From: a bacterium
GTDB lineage: Bacteria; SZUA-182; DTGQ01; JAFGSM01
Length of the DNA: 14,007 nt
NCBI GenBank assembly: GCA_049472355.1
Contig: JBLIRP010000093.1
Span: forward strand, 1 to 14,007
Direction of reading: 5' to 3'
The notes beneath the pieces were generated by a model. That model did no database searches, was not told the DNA's origin, and worked only from the letters and a program-made list of their open reading frames with translations. Shown here in pieces: positions 1 to 7,465 of this stretch; position 1 is the first letter of the stretch; every line of letters begins with the position of its first letter. Position numbers and translations under genes: made by a program.

Positions 1-22
1 TGAAAAATTACATTACAAATAA

Positions 23-38
23 AGCATAATCTATGCCA
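23..38 (-). promoter_or_regulatory. sigma54 (RpoN) -24/-12 promoter driving a gene left of the window
   Basis: Minus strand reads TGGCATAGATTATGCT, i.e. GG-N10-GC, close to consensus TGGCAC-N5-TTGCW. It has an AT-rich upstream region with an IHF-like CATCAAAATATTT (50-62) and inverted repeats at 149-176. Confidence 0.6.
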
Positions 39-148
39 TTCAAAATTTTCATCAAAATATTTTCGTTTTTGAAAACCAATTATTTTCAAAGAGATACTCA
101 ATGGATAAGACGGTAAAATAGGCGGATAGAATTGAAGGCACCAGGTCC

Positions 149-176
149 TATGAAAAATATTTCATATATCATGAAA
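149..176. promoter_or_regulatory. Overlapping inverted repeats, candidate enhancer (UAS) for a sigma54 activator
   Basis: TATGAAA-AATA-TTTCATA (149-166) and TTTCAT-ATATC-ATGAAA (160-176), roughly 140-165 bp upstream of the predicted sigma54 start. Confidence 0.35.
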
Positions 177-239
177 TTTATAAGATAATTATAAATATAA
201 TCCCTGAAACTCTTATTGATAATTAAATACAAGAATCGC

Positions 240-440
240 TGAGGATTTTTTGCGCTTTCGCCCGGACCAAGAATGAATGCAGTTCATCCGCCTCCTTTAT
301 AATCTTTGTGCCCGAGGGTTTTATCCCTTTCTTTTTAACCGACGGCTCAATGAGTCCTACGATAGCTAATGCAATAATGAATGTGAAATAGCGACAGTAT
401 GATTTTGCCGTCTGTTGTCTGATAGGTAGACGAAATAGAC
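240..440 (-). pseudogene. Degenerate C-terminal fragment of an IS1634-like (DDE) transposase
   Basis: Joining two frames gives LPIR-[frameshift]-TDGKI-[frameshift]-CRYFTFIIALAIVGLIE...KKKGIKPSGTKIIKEADELHSFLV. This resembles the recalled IS1634 C-terminal pattern PIRHWTDxKIRCHxFxCxxALxxxxLIE...LHSxL. AT-rich; no terminal inverted repeats seen. Confidence 0.45.
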
Positions 441-476
441 GGCAAATGATGTAGGCGTATGATTTCCCGTGGAGTA

Positions 477-511
477 TAAAAAAGAAAAATGCCCCGAACA
501 TCGGGGCATTT
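477..511 (-). terminator. Rho-independent terminator of the BON-domain gene
   Basis: Perfect stem AAATGCCCCGA-ACA-TCGGGGCATTT (487-511). On the minus strand it runs into TTTTTCTTTTTT, 20 nt after the stop at 531. Confidence 0.85.
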
Positions 512-530
512 GAGGGGGGGGTTGGGGGGA

Positions 531-2018
531 TCAGAAGTATCCGGCAATCCGGATGTCATTGATGATCGAAAAATTATCCGGGGCCCTCAATCGGATGAGG
601 TTTTCCGCCCTGTATTTTTGTTCCTGGTCGTTTGCCTCCCCGGTGATGGTGATGGTTTTTCGTTGCCGGTCCACGCAGATCCGGAACGCACTATTTCCAA
701 CGTCCATGGACCAATTGATGAGCCCGGCGGGGGAGGGATCATTACCTTGAACGGATGCAGCGGTCGGGGAGACCCTGGGGTATTCGATTCTCAGGTGGCT
801 GACCACCGTTTTGACGCCGGCGATTCGCTCCACAATCCCCTCCATGAGGATCTTGCCCTCCACATTCGACACCGTGCCGTCCAGTACCACCTCTCCTCCC
901 TTGCAGGCGAACCCGGCATCCGCACGCGCAAGGCCAAGGAGGGAGTGAAGCGTCCGCTCGACATCCCGTGAGATGTCCTTGTCTTGGCGTGTTTCCGTCC
1001 GGGGGGTCAATCCGTTGTACACGAACTGCACCCCGCACACGTTGAGGATGTCCTGCTCCAGAAACCATTTCTGGTAGATATCCTGAATGGTGCCTTGCAG
1101 GGTGACGCATCCCTCCTCGATCAGGAACTCACAGTCGAGCGGATGGAGCCTTTCGTCCATACGGATGATCTCGCGGATGGCCTTCTCGATCTGCGCGTCC
1201 TTGAGGGAGGCGGATTCACTCCGCTCATATCCGCCCGGCACCGGGCAGACATCGAGGCGATTGTCGCACGCCTCGATACCCAGAGAGGCAATCCTCCCCT
1301 CGGCCCGCGCCTTCTCGAAGGCGGCATCGACCGTACCCCGGAGGATAACCCTGCCATCTTTGCAGGTGACCGTGAGGGCATTGTCGAACAGATATTCATC
1401 GGCCTTGAGCATTGCCTCCAGTGCGGCCATACGCTCGGGCCCGGAGAGAGAGATCGTGTCATCAACAACAAGCTCATCCCTTACCGCGAGCACACCCACA
1501 ACACCCTGCGCAACGCACAATGCCTCCCTTTTTTCCCATGCATTCGCCACACTGCCGCTCAGGGTGACCACCCCTTCGGACACGTCGATGTCAATCCTTG
1601 GGGCATAAACGCTCGGATCGTGCAGGAAGGAGACCTCGATCTCGTTTCTGATATCATTATCCGGTATATCCATCGGAGCCAGTACGGTGTAATCGATGAC
1701 CCCTCGTACCCCCTGCACGGTTTTAATGAGTGCTGTCACCTGATTTTTCTCGTACAATGTATTCACCATTCCGGACAGGAGAATAATGCCGCGATCCGCT
1801 TCCAGGATCACATTCCTCATGAAAAGCGGGTTAAAGTCACGAATGATTCGTTTGATTGTGTCTTTGACCTGTTCATCGGTATATTTTTTTTCTTGCTCTT
1901 CGGATATATTTTTGAAAAGTGATCTTTCGGCGATCGAAGCATAGGCGTTGTTGGTAAAATATTGAACCGCAATGAAAGATGCAATGATAAAAATTATTGC
2001 TAATACTATTCTTTTCAT
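531..2018 (-). CDS. Secreted/periplasmic multi-BON-domain protein (OsmY-like, about 6 BON repeats), 495 aa
   Basis: N-terminal signal/TM segment MKRIVLAIIFIIASFIAV...AYA. Repeated ~70-aa units of the form D..I...I / GxVxLxGxV / A..V.GV..V...L (e.g. GVVTLSGSVANAWEKREALCVAQGVVGV). SD AGAGGAG upstream of the ATG. Confidence 0.9.
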   Translation of the reverse strand: MKRIVLAIIFIIASFIAVQYFTNNAYASIAERSLFKNISEEQEKKYTDEQVKDTIKRIIRDFNPLFMRNVILEADRGIILLSGMVNTLYEKNQVTALIKTVQGVRGVIDYTVLAPMDIPDNDIRNEIEVSFLHDPSVYAPRIDIDVSEGVVTLSGSVANAWEKREALCVAQGVVGVLAVRDELVVDDTISLSGPERMAALEAMLKADEYLFDNALTVTCKDGRVILRGTVDAAFEKARAEGRIASLGIEACDNRLDVCPVPGGYERSESASLKDAQIEKAIREIIRMDERLHPLDCEFLIEEGCVTLQGTIQDIYQKWFLEQDILNVCGVQFVYNGLTPRTETRQDKDISRDVERTLHSLLGLARADAGFACKGGEVVLDGTVSNVEGKILMEGIVERIAGVKTVVSHLRIEYPRVSPTAASVQGNDPSPAGLINWSMDVGNSAFRICVDRQRKTITITGEANDQEQKYRAENLIRLRAPDNFSIINDIRIAGYF

Positions 2019-2596
2019 ATTTTTCTCCTCTTTGAAAGTAATAAAATAATTAATCAGTGTAAATTAATGATTATGAATAAAACGCTGTTAAAATATGTCC
2101 TTAAAATTCTCAACAAAATCATCATCGTTATTTTCGATGATATTGACGTTATAACCACAAAATCATTACGAATCGGTAGATATAATTATATATGCTAAAT
2201 AATCGTTAGCAATATAACTTTTGCAATAAAAGTACTTATATATTAATAAGGGAAATTAGAAAGATAAAAAGGAAGGATGTAACAAAGAGGAAGGTACATT
2301 CGGACCATACAATATCATATCTAAAAAAACCTTATATAATAAATTACATGTTTGCTTTAACATACGGAAATAGAGACGATACATTACAAATTCTATTACG
2401 GAATTCTCAAAAAAACTCTTACTAGTCCATTTGCCTCATGCATTATTTTCATTTTTTTGATGAATTGTCGAGAAGGGTATGACACGAATCGAGTATACCA
2501 CAACAGGTATCTTTATTCGCTGAAATCCAGGTATATCACGGCATATTCAGGCAGGATGCCCCTGTGTGTCATCCATCACTTACGCGCATGCCTTGT

Positions 2597-2625
2597 TTGA
2601 GTTCAGCATGTTTTTACGGTAGAGT
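2597..2625 (+). promoter_or_regulatory. Candidate sigma70 promoter for the exonuclease gene
   Basis: TTGAGT-17 nt-TAGAGT, 36 nt upstream of the ATG. Confidence 0.35.
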
Positions 2626-2661
2626 GTACGCACCATCGTCACGAGAAGGGGAGGAGACAGC

Positions 2662-3531
2662 ATGTTCAAACGTGTGCATAAGAAGGTGTGGGTGTTCGAC
2701 GCTGAATGGGTTCCGGATCCGGTGGCCGGCCGGCTTCTCTACAAGCTGCCGGAATCCATGCCCGTGCGTGAGGTCATTGAAAGGATGTGGCAGGAGGGAG
2801 GGGCGAATGAGGAGAATCCCACCCCTTACCTCAAGACGGTTGTGTGCCGAGTGGTATCCATCTCGTTTGTCACCCGGTATGTGGAGACGGAGAGGGTAAT
2901 CATCAAGCTCCACTCCCTGCCGCGTGATTCCTCGGACACCGGGCACATCGCGGAGGCCGACATCATCGGGACCTTCCTCGATACCCTGGGCAAGCGGAAG
3001 CCCCAACTGGTGGGATTCAATTCCTCATCATCCGATTTCAAGATACTGGTGCAGCGGGGGGTGGCCAACGGCATCCAGGCCTCGGATTTCTGCGTGCGGC
3101 CTGAAAAGCCATGGGAAGGGGAGGACTATTTCTCCGATTACGGCGATTGGCACGTGGATCTCATAAAGATACTCGGGGGGTGGGGCAAATCGAATCCCTC
3201 TCTCCATGAAATGGCGCTGGTGAGCGGCATACCGGGCAAGATGGGGGTGGATGGCCAGCAGGTGGCGGATCTCTGGCTGAAGGGGGAGTTGGACAGGATC
3301 GTTGCCTACAATGAATGCGATGCCCTGACTACCTATCTGCTCTGGCTCCGGGTGAGCCATTTCAGCGGGCATTTCACCAGCAAAGAGTACGATGAAGAGC
3401 AGGAGCGGGTCAGGGAACTGCTGCGGCTGGAGGGGGCCAAGCCGGGACGTACTCATCTGCGTGATTTTTTGGATGCGTGGGAATCACTCCTGAAGGCCTC
3501 CGGGGGAAATGGTCACCATACCGCGGTGTGA
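2662..3531 (+). CDS. Stand-alone predicted 3'-5' exonuclease, PolB-proofreading-like (DEDDy; DNA_pol_B_exo2 type), 289 aa
   Basis: ExoI VFDAEW, ExoII LVGFNSSSSDF, ExoIII AYNECD; family-like HVDL and GIPGKMGVDGQQV; SD GGAGGAG. Confidence 0.88.
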   Translation: MFKRVHKKVWVFDAEWVPDPVAGRLLYKLPESMPVREVIERMWQEGGANEENPTPYLKTVVCRVVSISFVTRYVETERVIIKLHSLPRDSSDTGHIAEADIIGTFLDTLGKRKPQLVGFNSSSSDFKILVQRGVANGIQASDFCVRPEKPWEGEDYFSDYGDWHVDLIKILGGWGKSNPSLHEMALVSGIPGKMGVDGQQVADLWLKGELDRIVAYNECDALTTYLLWLRVSHFSGHFTSKEYDEEQERVRELLRLEGAKPGRTHLRDFLDAWESLLKASGGNGHHTAV

Positions 3532-3540
3532 TTAGTGATA

Positions 3541-3562
3541 ATGCCCATTGAACGATGGGCAT
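3541..3562. terminator. Hairpin between convergent genes (probable terminator)
   Basis: ATGCCCATT-GAAC-GATGGGCAT in the 44-nt gap between two stop codons; U tracts are weak. Confidence 0.5.
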
Positions 3563-3575
3563 GGAAGCGAGCGGA

Positions 3576-3851
3576 CTATTTTAAAAGTCTCTGCTCGCGT
3601 TGATGCCGGGAAAGGGACATGGGATATTTCCATCGGCAGCTCGGGCATACCTGCTCAAAGGACATGACAACGAAGAATACTATAAAGACCAGGGTCACGG
3701 GAACGAGCATGGAGACAAAAAAGGAGCTGAAGAAGAGTGCGAACAGGAAAAACACCATCTCATTTTTTATCTTTTTCCGCTTGAGTTTTGCCTTCCCCGT
3801 AAAACGACAGTTGGGGCAATAGATCTTCCGTGGAAAGAACCCGAGGGCCAT
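3576..3851 (-). CDS. Small membrane protein with split CxxC...CxxC Zn ribbon (LITAF-like), 91 aa
   Basis: CPNC, a basic stretch, a long hydrophobic hairpin (MVFFLFALFFSSFFVSMLVPVTLVFIVFFVVMSF), then CPSC. SD GGAGG 7 nt before the ATG; has its own promoter. Confidence 0.8.
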   Translation of the reverse strand: MALGFFPRKIYCPNCRFTGKAKLKRKKIKNEMVFFLFALFFSSFFVSMLVPVTLVFIVFFVVMSFEQVCPSCRWKYPMSLSRHQREQRLLK

Positions 3852-3965
3852 TTCATTTCCTCCATTCGATCTCTAACACCATATAAGCCGTATATGTACA
3901 TGCCCGGACGGCCGATCGAGAGATGGTATATTACAAAGAACAAATGCTTTCTATTGTTTACTGTA

Positions 3966-3994
3966 ATTCTAAATAAGTCGGCATCCCCTGTCAA
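3966..3994 (-). promoter_or_regulatory. sigma70 promoter for the Zn-ribbon membrane protein
   Basis: Minus strand TTGACA-17 nt-TAGAAT, near-perfect consensus. Confidence 0.75.
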
Positions 3995-4390
3995 GGGACA
4001 TACGCCATACGGTCATGCCGAACCAGGAATATCCCTTTCTTCTCCACAATGGTGCCGTCCGTTTTTTGTCTCGCATCTTTGTGTCACATGATTACACATG
4101 ATCACCAATCTTTTTATCGTCCATTTTGACCGGTACGTCCATGGGAGCATCCGTAGTGCATGACCGGTCACCTTGCTTCCGCCCCTCCTTGTGGATTTAA
4201 CCCCCGGGACATCAATCCTGCTGTTGACATTTCAGCGTCACGTGCAGATATACATGTCTGCGCATGTCCCATGTCGAGGTTCAAGCATCGCATCATGGCG
4301 CGTTTGAGCCCGGGGTCTAGGCGGACATGCCTGCGTATGCCCCATGCCTGAAGGTTCCCTTTTGGAATTAATGGCCCACGCAGGACCCAT

Positions 4391-4420
4391 TTGAAATGAC
4401 GCCCTTTCGGATACTATAAT
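4391..4420 (+). promoter_or_regulatory. sigma70 promoter for the 78-aa ORF
   Basis: TTGAAA-18 nt-TATAAT, about 130 nt upstream of ATG 4552. Confidence 0.6.
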
Positions 4421-4551
4421 GAAGGGGCCTTTCCTGCGACATGGATTGCCTGCGCATCGCAGAGAGGTGGGGAAAATGTCCCTTTGCATGAAAGGGCCAC
4501 GTGACCGGATACGTACGGGGCACCAACCGATTATTCCCAAAGGAGGGAGAG

Positions 4552-4788
4552 ATGGCGGAAGACAAGGAGAGGGCGCTCCTGGAGGAGCAGATAGAGAAGC
4601 TCAACGAAGAGATCAAGACACTGGGATATGAATTGAGCGCGCTGTTGAATGTGGATTGCAACCTGGGTGAATGCATGTTTGATCCGGAGGCGGATGATGT
4701 CAAGGAGAAGCTTCGGGAGGTGGAGGAGAAAAAGAGGATGCTCGCGCTCATCAAGGAACGCATCGGCGAGTGCAAGGAAGACCTGTAA
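4552..4788 (+). CDS. Hypothetical 78-aa acidic coiled-coil protein with CxxxxC loop
   Basis: Strong SD AAGGAGG upstream of ATG 4552 (preferred over the GTG at 4501). Two heptad-rich helices flank DCNLGEC; codon usage resembles neighbouring genes. Confidence 0.75.
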   Translation: MAEDKERALLEEQIEKLNEEIKTLGYELSALLNVDCNLGECMFDPEADDVKEKLREVEEKKRMLALIKERIGECKEDL

Positions 4789-6282
4789 TCAGGGTCCCTT
4801 CCGGAGGGTGACAAAGATCGGGTTGGAGAGCATCCTTCCCTTTCCCTTGATTTCGACGCGGTAGAAGTGCATCCCGCCGGGCTCGGCCTCAAGGTCGACC
4901 AGGGATACGTCAACAACACCGTTGTGTTCCTCTCCGCGGTAACATACCTTCCCCGAGCGGATGATCCTCACCCGCAGGGGGGTTGGGTTTTCGGCAGCGG
5001 GGATCATCGCCCTGACCCGTACCACGGGCGGCTCCATGCTTATCATCTCCTCACCCATGGATGCACTGTTCCCGGTGCCGGGGTCCTCCACCTCGAAACG
5101 CTCCAAGGTGATTCGTTCATCCTGAGGCCCTATGTAGTTGTACATCCTGCCCATTCCCATGGCCTCCAGCACCCCCTGCTTGGTACGTTCCGTGACCAGA
5201 AAGGTGGTTATATAGGTCCCGAAGGGGGCAGGGTGCTCGTTGTGGTAATCCGAGCTGGAGATGCCCCATGCGGGTCGTTTCCTCAGGCCGGTGCAGAATT
5301 CATTGAGCACCACGTCCCACTGCATTCCCGGCTCCGTCGCGGTGATGATATCCCCGTACACGGCGGCAAGACCGGTGTAGTCCTGCGCTTCGAGAAGGTC
5401 ATCCGGGTGCGGGGGGGTGCTGACCTTGATGGTTCCCAGGTCCCTGACACCGGTGGTGGTTTCCGGGTGCGACCAGAAGCACATGCCGCCGCGGGAATTG
5501 ACGTAGTCGATGAGTTCCTGATAGGGCTGGATGCCCTGGTCCCCATGGTAGGGGTCGAAGGGTGATGAGGCAAAGGGGTGGTGGGCGATGAGCAGAAGGG
5601 TGGAGACGATAAGCAGCGACCAGCTCCACCATCTCCTCGTCCCTTTGATGAACACGAGCCACAGGCAGAAGAGCAGGGGGATCGCAAACGGGATGGTCCA
5701 TGGAAGATACCGTTGTACATACCGGGTCCCCAGGGTGTTGTGCAGGATGGGGAGGCCGTTGATCGATTCGGCATCCTCCATGCCGAATATCAGGAGGTGC
5801 TTCTCCCAGTCGTGGGCGGTAAGCCTGCCGGGAATAGGCCACCCGGTCCAGTAATAGAAGGGCGCCGATTCAAGGCCGGGCACGATGATCACATCCCCTG
5901 AGCCTGAGGCCTTGTCGAGCATGGCAAAGTATTCCCTGGCCCCGTTTTTCAGCACCGACGGCTTCTCGATTCTCAGAAAGAGAAGGTTTCGGAAGGGGAA
6001 TAGCCCGTATTGGAGGAGCATGCGATCGTGGTCGGTGATAAGAAGGGCGTCGATGCCGCGCTCCTTGGCCATAGCAACGAGCTGCCGGGCGGAAAAATCC
6101 CCGTCGCTGTAAGTGGTCCGGATATCGATGACCCCGATCATCGGCTCAAGTCTCTGCGACCCTTCCAGGGTGCAAGGGAGCACAAGGGCGAGCACGAGAC
6201 CTGCGGGAACGAGGATACACGAAATGATACGGATGAGCCGCATGTTCATGGCTCGCTTGTTGTGTCGTCCGAACAGTTCCAC
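4789..6282 (-). CDS. Membrane-anchored PHP-domain metallohydrolase (CehA/McbA-like C-terminus), about 497 aa
   Basis: PHP motifs IDIRTTYSDG, LLITDHD, PGLES, SHPE, SSDYH; C-terminal YRVEI..G...SNPIFV; N-terminal hydrophobic segment and an internal TM pair. Start placed at GTG 6282 (SD GGGGAGG, 6-nt spacer); alternatives are GTG 6309 or ATG 6249. Confidence 0.8.
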   Translation of the reverse strand: MELFGRHNKRAMNMRLIRIISCILVPAGLVLALVLPCTLEGSQRLEPMIGVIDIRTTYSDGDFSARQLVAMAKERGIDALLITDHDRMLLQYGLFPFRNLLFLRIEKPSVLKNGAREYFAMLDKASGSGDVIIVPGLESAPFYYWTGWPIPGRLTAHDWEKHLLIFGMEDAESINGLPILHNTLGTRYVQRYLPWTIPFAIPLLFCLWLVFIKGTRRWWSWSLLIVSTLLLIAHHPFASSPFDPYHGDQGIQPYQELIDYVNSRGGMCFWSHPETTTGVRDLGTIKVSTPPHPDDLLEAQDYTGLAAVYGDIITATEPGMQWDVVLNEFCTGLRKRPAWGISSSDYHNEHPAPFGTYITTFLVTERTKQGVLEAMGMGRMYNYIGPQDERITLERFEVEDPGTGNSASMGEEMISMEPPVVRVRAMIPAAENPTPLRVRIIRSGKVCYRGEEHNGVVDVSLVDLEAEPGGMHFYRVEIKGKGRMLSNPIFVTLRKGP

Positions 6283-6375
6283 GGTTTTCCTCCCCGGCAA
6301 GGGGGGCACGATGCACCTCCCCTTATAATAACCTTCATCCTTCGTTGTGATCCTTGGATCATGCTGGTCAGCAAA

Positions 6376-6509
6376 AATCTCCCTGTTCTCTGTGCCCCCT
6401 GATCTGTAATAAATTATGATGCCTCCGCCATGTTCATAATCCGGGCGCTGGTGAGGCAACACATTGTGATTATTATTTAACCACAGAGGATACAGAGAGC
6501 ACAGAGATT
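6376..6509. repeat. Imperfect 26-bp inverted repeat built from (CACAGAG)-type 9-mer units (REP-like)
   Basis: 6481-6507 reads CCACAGAGG ATACAGAGA GCACAGAGA. 6376-6401 is the reverse complement of 6484-6509 at 20/26 positions. Confidence 0.6.
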
Positions 6510-6520
6510 AAGCTGATTCG

Positions 6521-7465
6521 CTACCGCTGCCTCTTCAGGTATTTGAAGAAATCCCCCTCCGTGGTGAGGATCAGGGATGTATCGGCATCCACCGTATTTT
6601 CGTAGGTTTCCATGGTCTTCAGGAACCGGTAGAAATCCCTCGCATCCTGGCTCTGGTTATATGCCTCATTGTAAATATGAGTGGCCTTGGCATCCGCATC
6701 CCCCATGATCTCCTTGGCCCTGCGGAAGGCCTCGGACTGGATTCTCTTCAGTTCGCGCTCCTTTTCCCCGTTTATGCTGGAGGCCTCTCCCTGTCCCTCC
6801 GACCGGTACTTGTCCGCGATGCGCTTACGCTCGGAGATCATCCGTTCGTAGACCTTTTCCTGAACCTCCCTCACGTAATTGATCCGCTTGAAACGAACAT
6901 CGAGGATCTCGATGCCCAGGTCCTTTGCCTTGCCGGAGGCATTTTGCAGCACCTCCGCCGTAATATTCAGCCTCCCTATGGAGATCTCCTCGAGGAATGA
7001 TTTCTCCTCTTCGGATACCGCCTCCTCCGTGACCTGGAGGTCCCTGTTCGACGAGCGAACAAGCTCGATGAGGTCATGTTTCGCCACCGCATTGCGGGTC
7101 TCACCGTCCACAATGTCGTCCAGACGGGAATGCCCGCCCTGCTCGTCCCGAACCCGCTGGAAGAAAAGGAGGGGATCGGCGATCCGCCAGCGCGCATAGG
7201 TATCCACCCAGATGAATCGCTTGTCCTTGGTGGGGATCTGGTTGGGATACCCGTCCCATTCCAGGAACCGCTTATCGAAGTAGTACACCTTCTGGATGAA
7301 TGGGGTCTTCAGATGGATACCCGGCTCGGTTACCGGATCTCCTACCGGTTTGCCGAACTGTGTCACGATGGCCTGTTGCGTTTCATTGACCACGTATGTG
7401 GCGGAAAACACCACGATCAGGATGAGGACTGCAATGATCATCAGAATCACGCGACCTGGTTTCAT
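6521..7465 (-). CDS. hflC: Protease modulator HflC (SPFH), 314 aa
   Basis: N-terminal TM, QAIVTQFGKP, PFIQKV..FDKR, GIEILDVRFKRI, VYERMISERKRIADKYRSEG, FYRFLKTMETY. ATGA overlap with the hflK stop. Confidence 0.96.
   Translation of the reverse strand: MKPGRVILMIIAVLILIVVFSATYVVNETQQAIVTQFGKPVGDPVTEPGIHLKTPFIQKVYYFDKRFLEWDGYPNQIPTKDKRFIWVDTYARWRIADPLLFFQRVRDEQGGHSRLDDIVDGETRNAVAKHDLIELVRSSNRDLQVTEEAVSEEEKSFLEEISIGRLNITAEVLQNASGKAKDLGIEILDVRFKRINYVREVQEKVYERMISERKRIADKYRSEGQGEASSINGEKERELKRIQSEAFRRAKEIMGDADAKATHIYNEAYNQSQDARDFYRFLKTMETYENTVDADTSLILTTEGDFFKYLKRQR

Noticed and set aside
223..501. 92-aa ORF as a functional gene
   Set aside because: Its start lies inside the BON terminator hairpin; better explained as a frameshifted transposase remnant.
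503..529. G-rich tract (G4, G8, G6) as a G-quadruplex or phase-variation site
   Set aside because: It lies in a 3' UTR between stop and terminator with the G-runs on the template strand; no evident consequence.
3529..3562. Selenocysteine read-through at the exonuclease TGA followed by a hairpin
   Set aside because: The domain is complete before the TGA, which does not align with a Cys position; the hairpin fits a terminator between convergent genes.
4241..4339. 6S RNA or SRP RNA identity for the hairpin
   Set aside because: No SRP GGAA-tetraloop/CAGG..AGCAG motif on either strand; too short and lacking the central bubble and usual gene context of 6S.
6310..6462. Upstream extension of the PHP ORF to 6462
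   Set aside because: No SD; it spans the inverted repeat and would bury the signal-like segment.
6481..6507. CRISPR-like array
   Set aside because: Only three 9-bp tandem units, no spacers and no cas genes.
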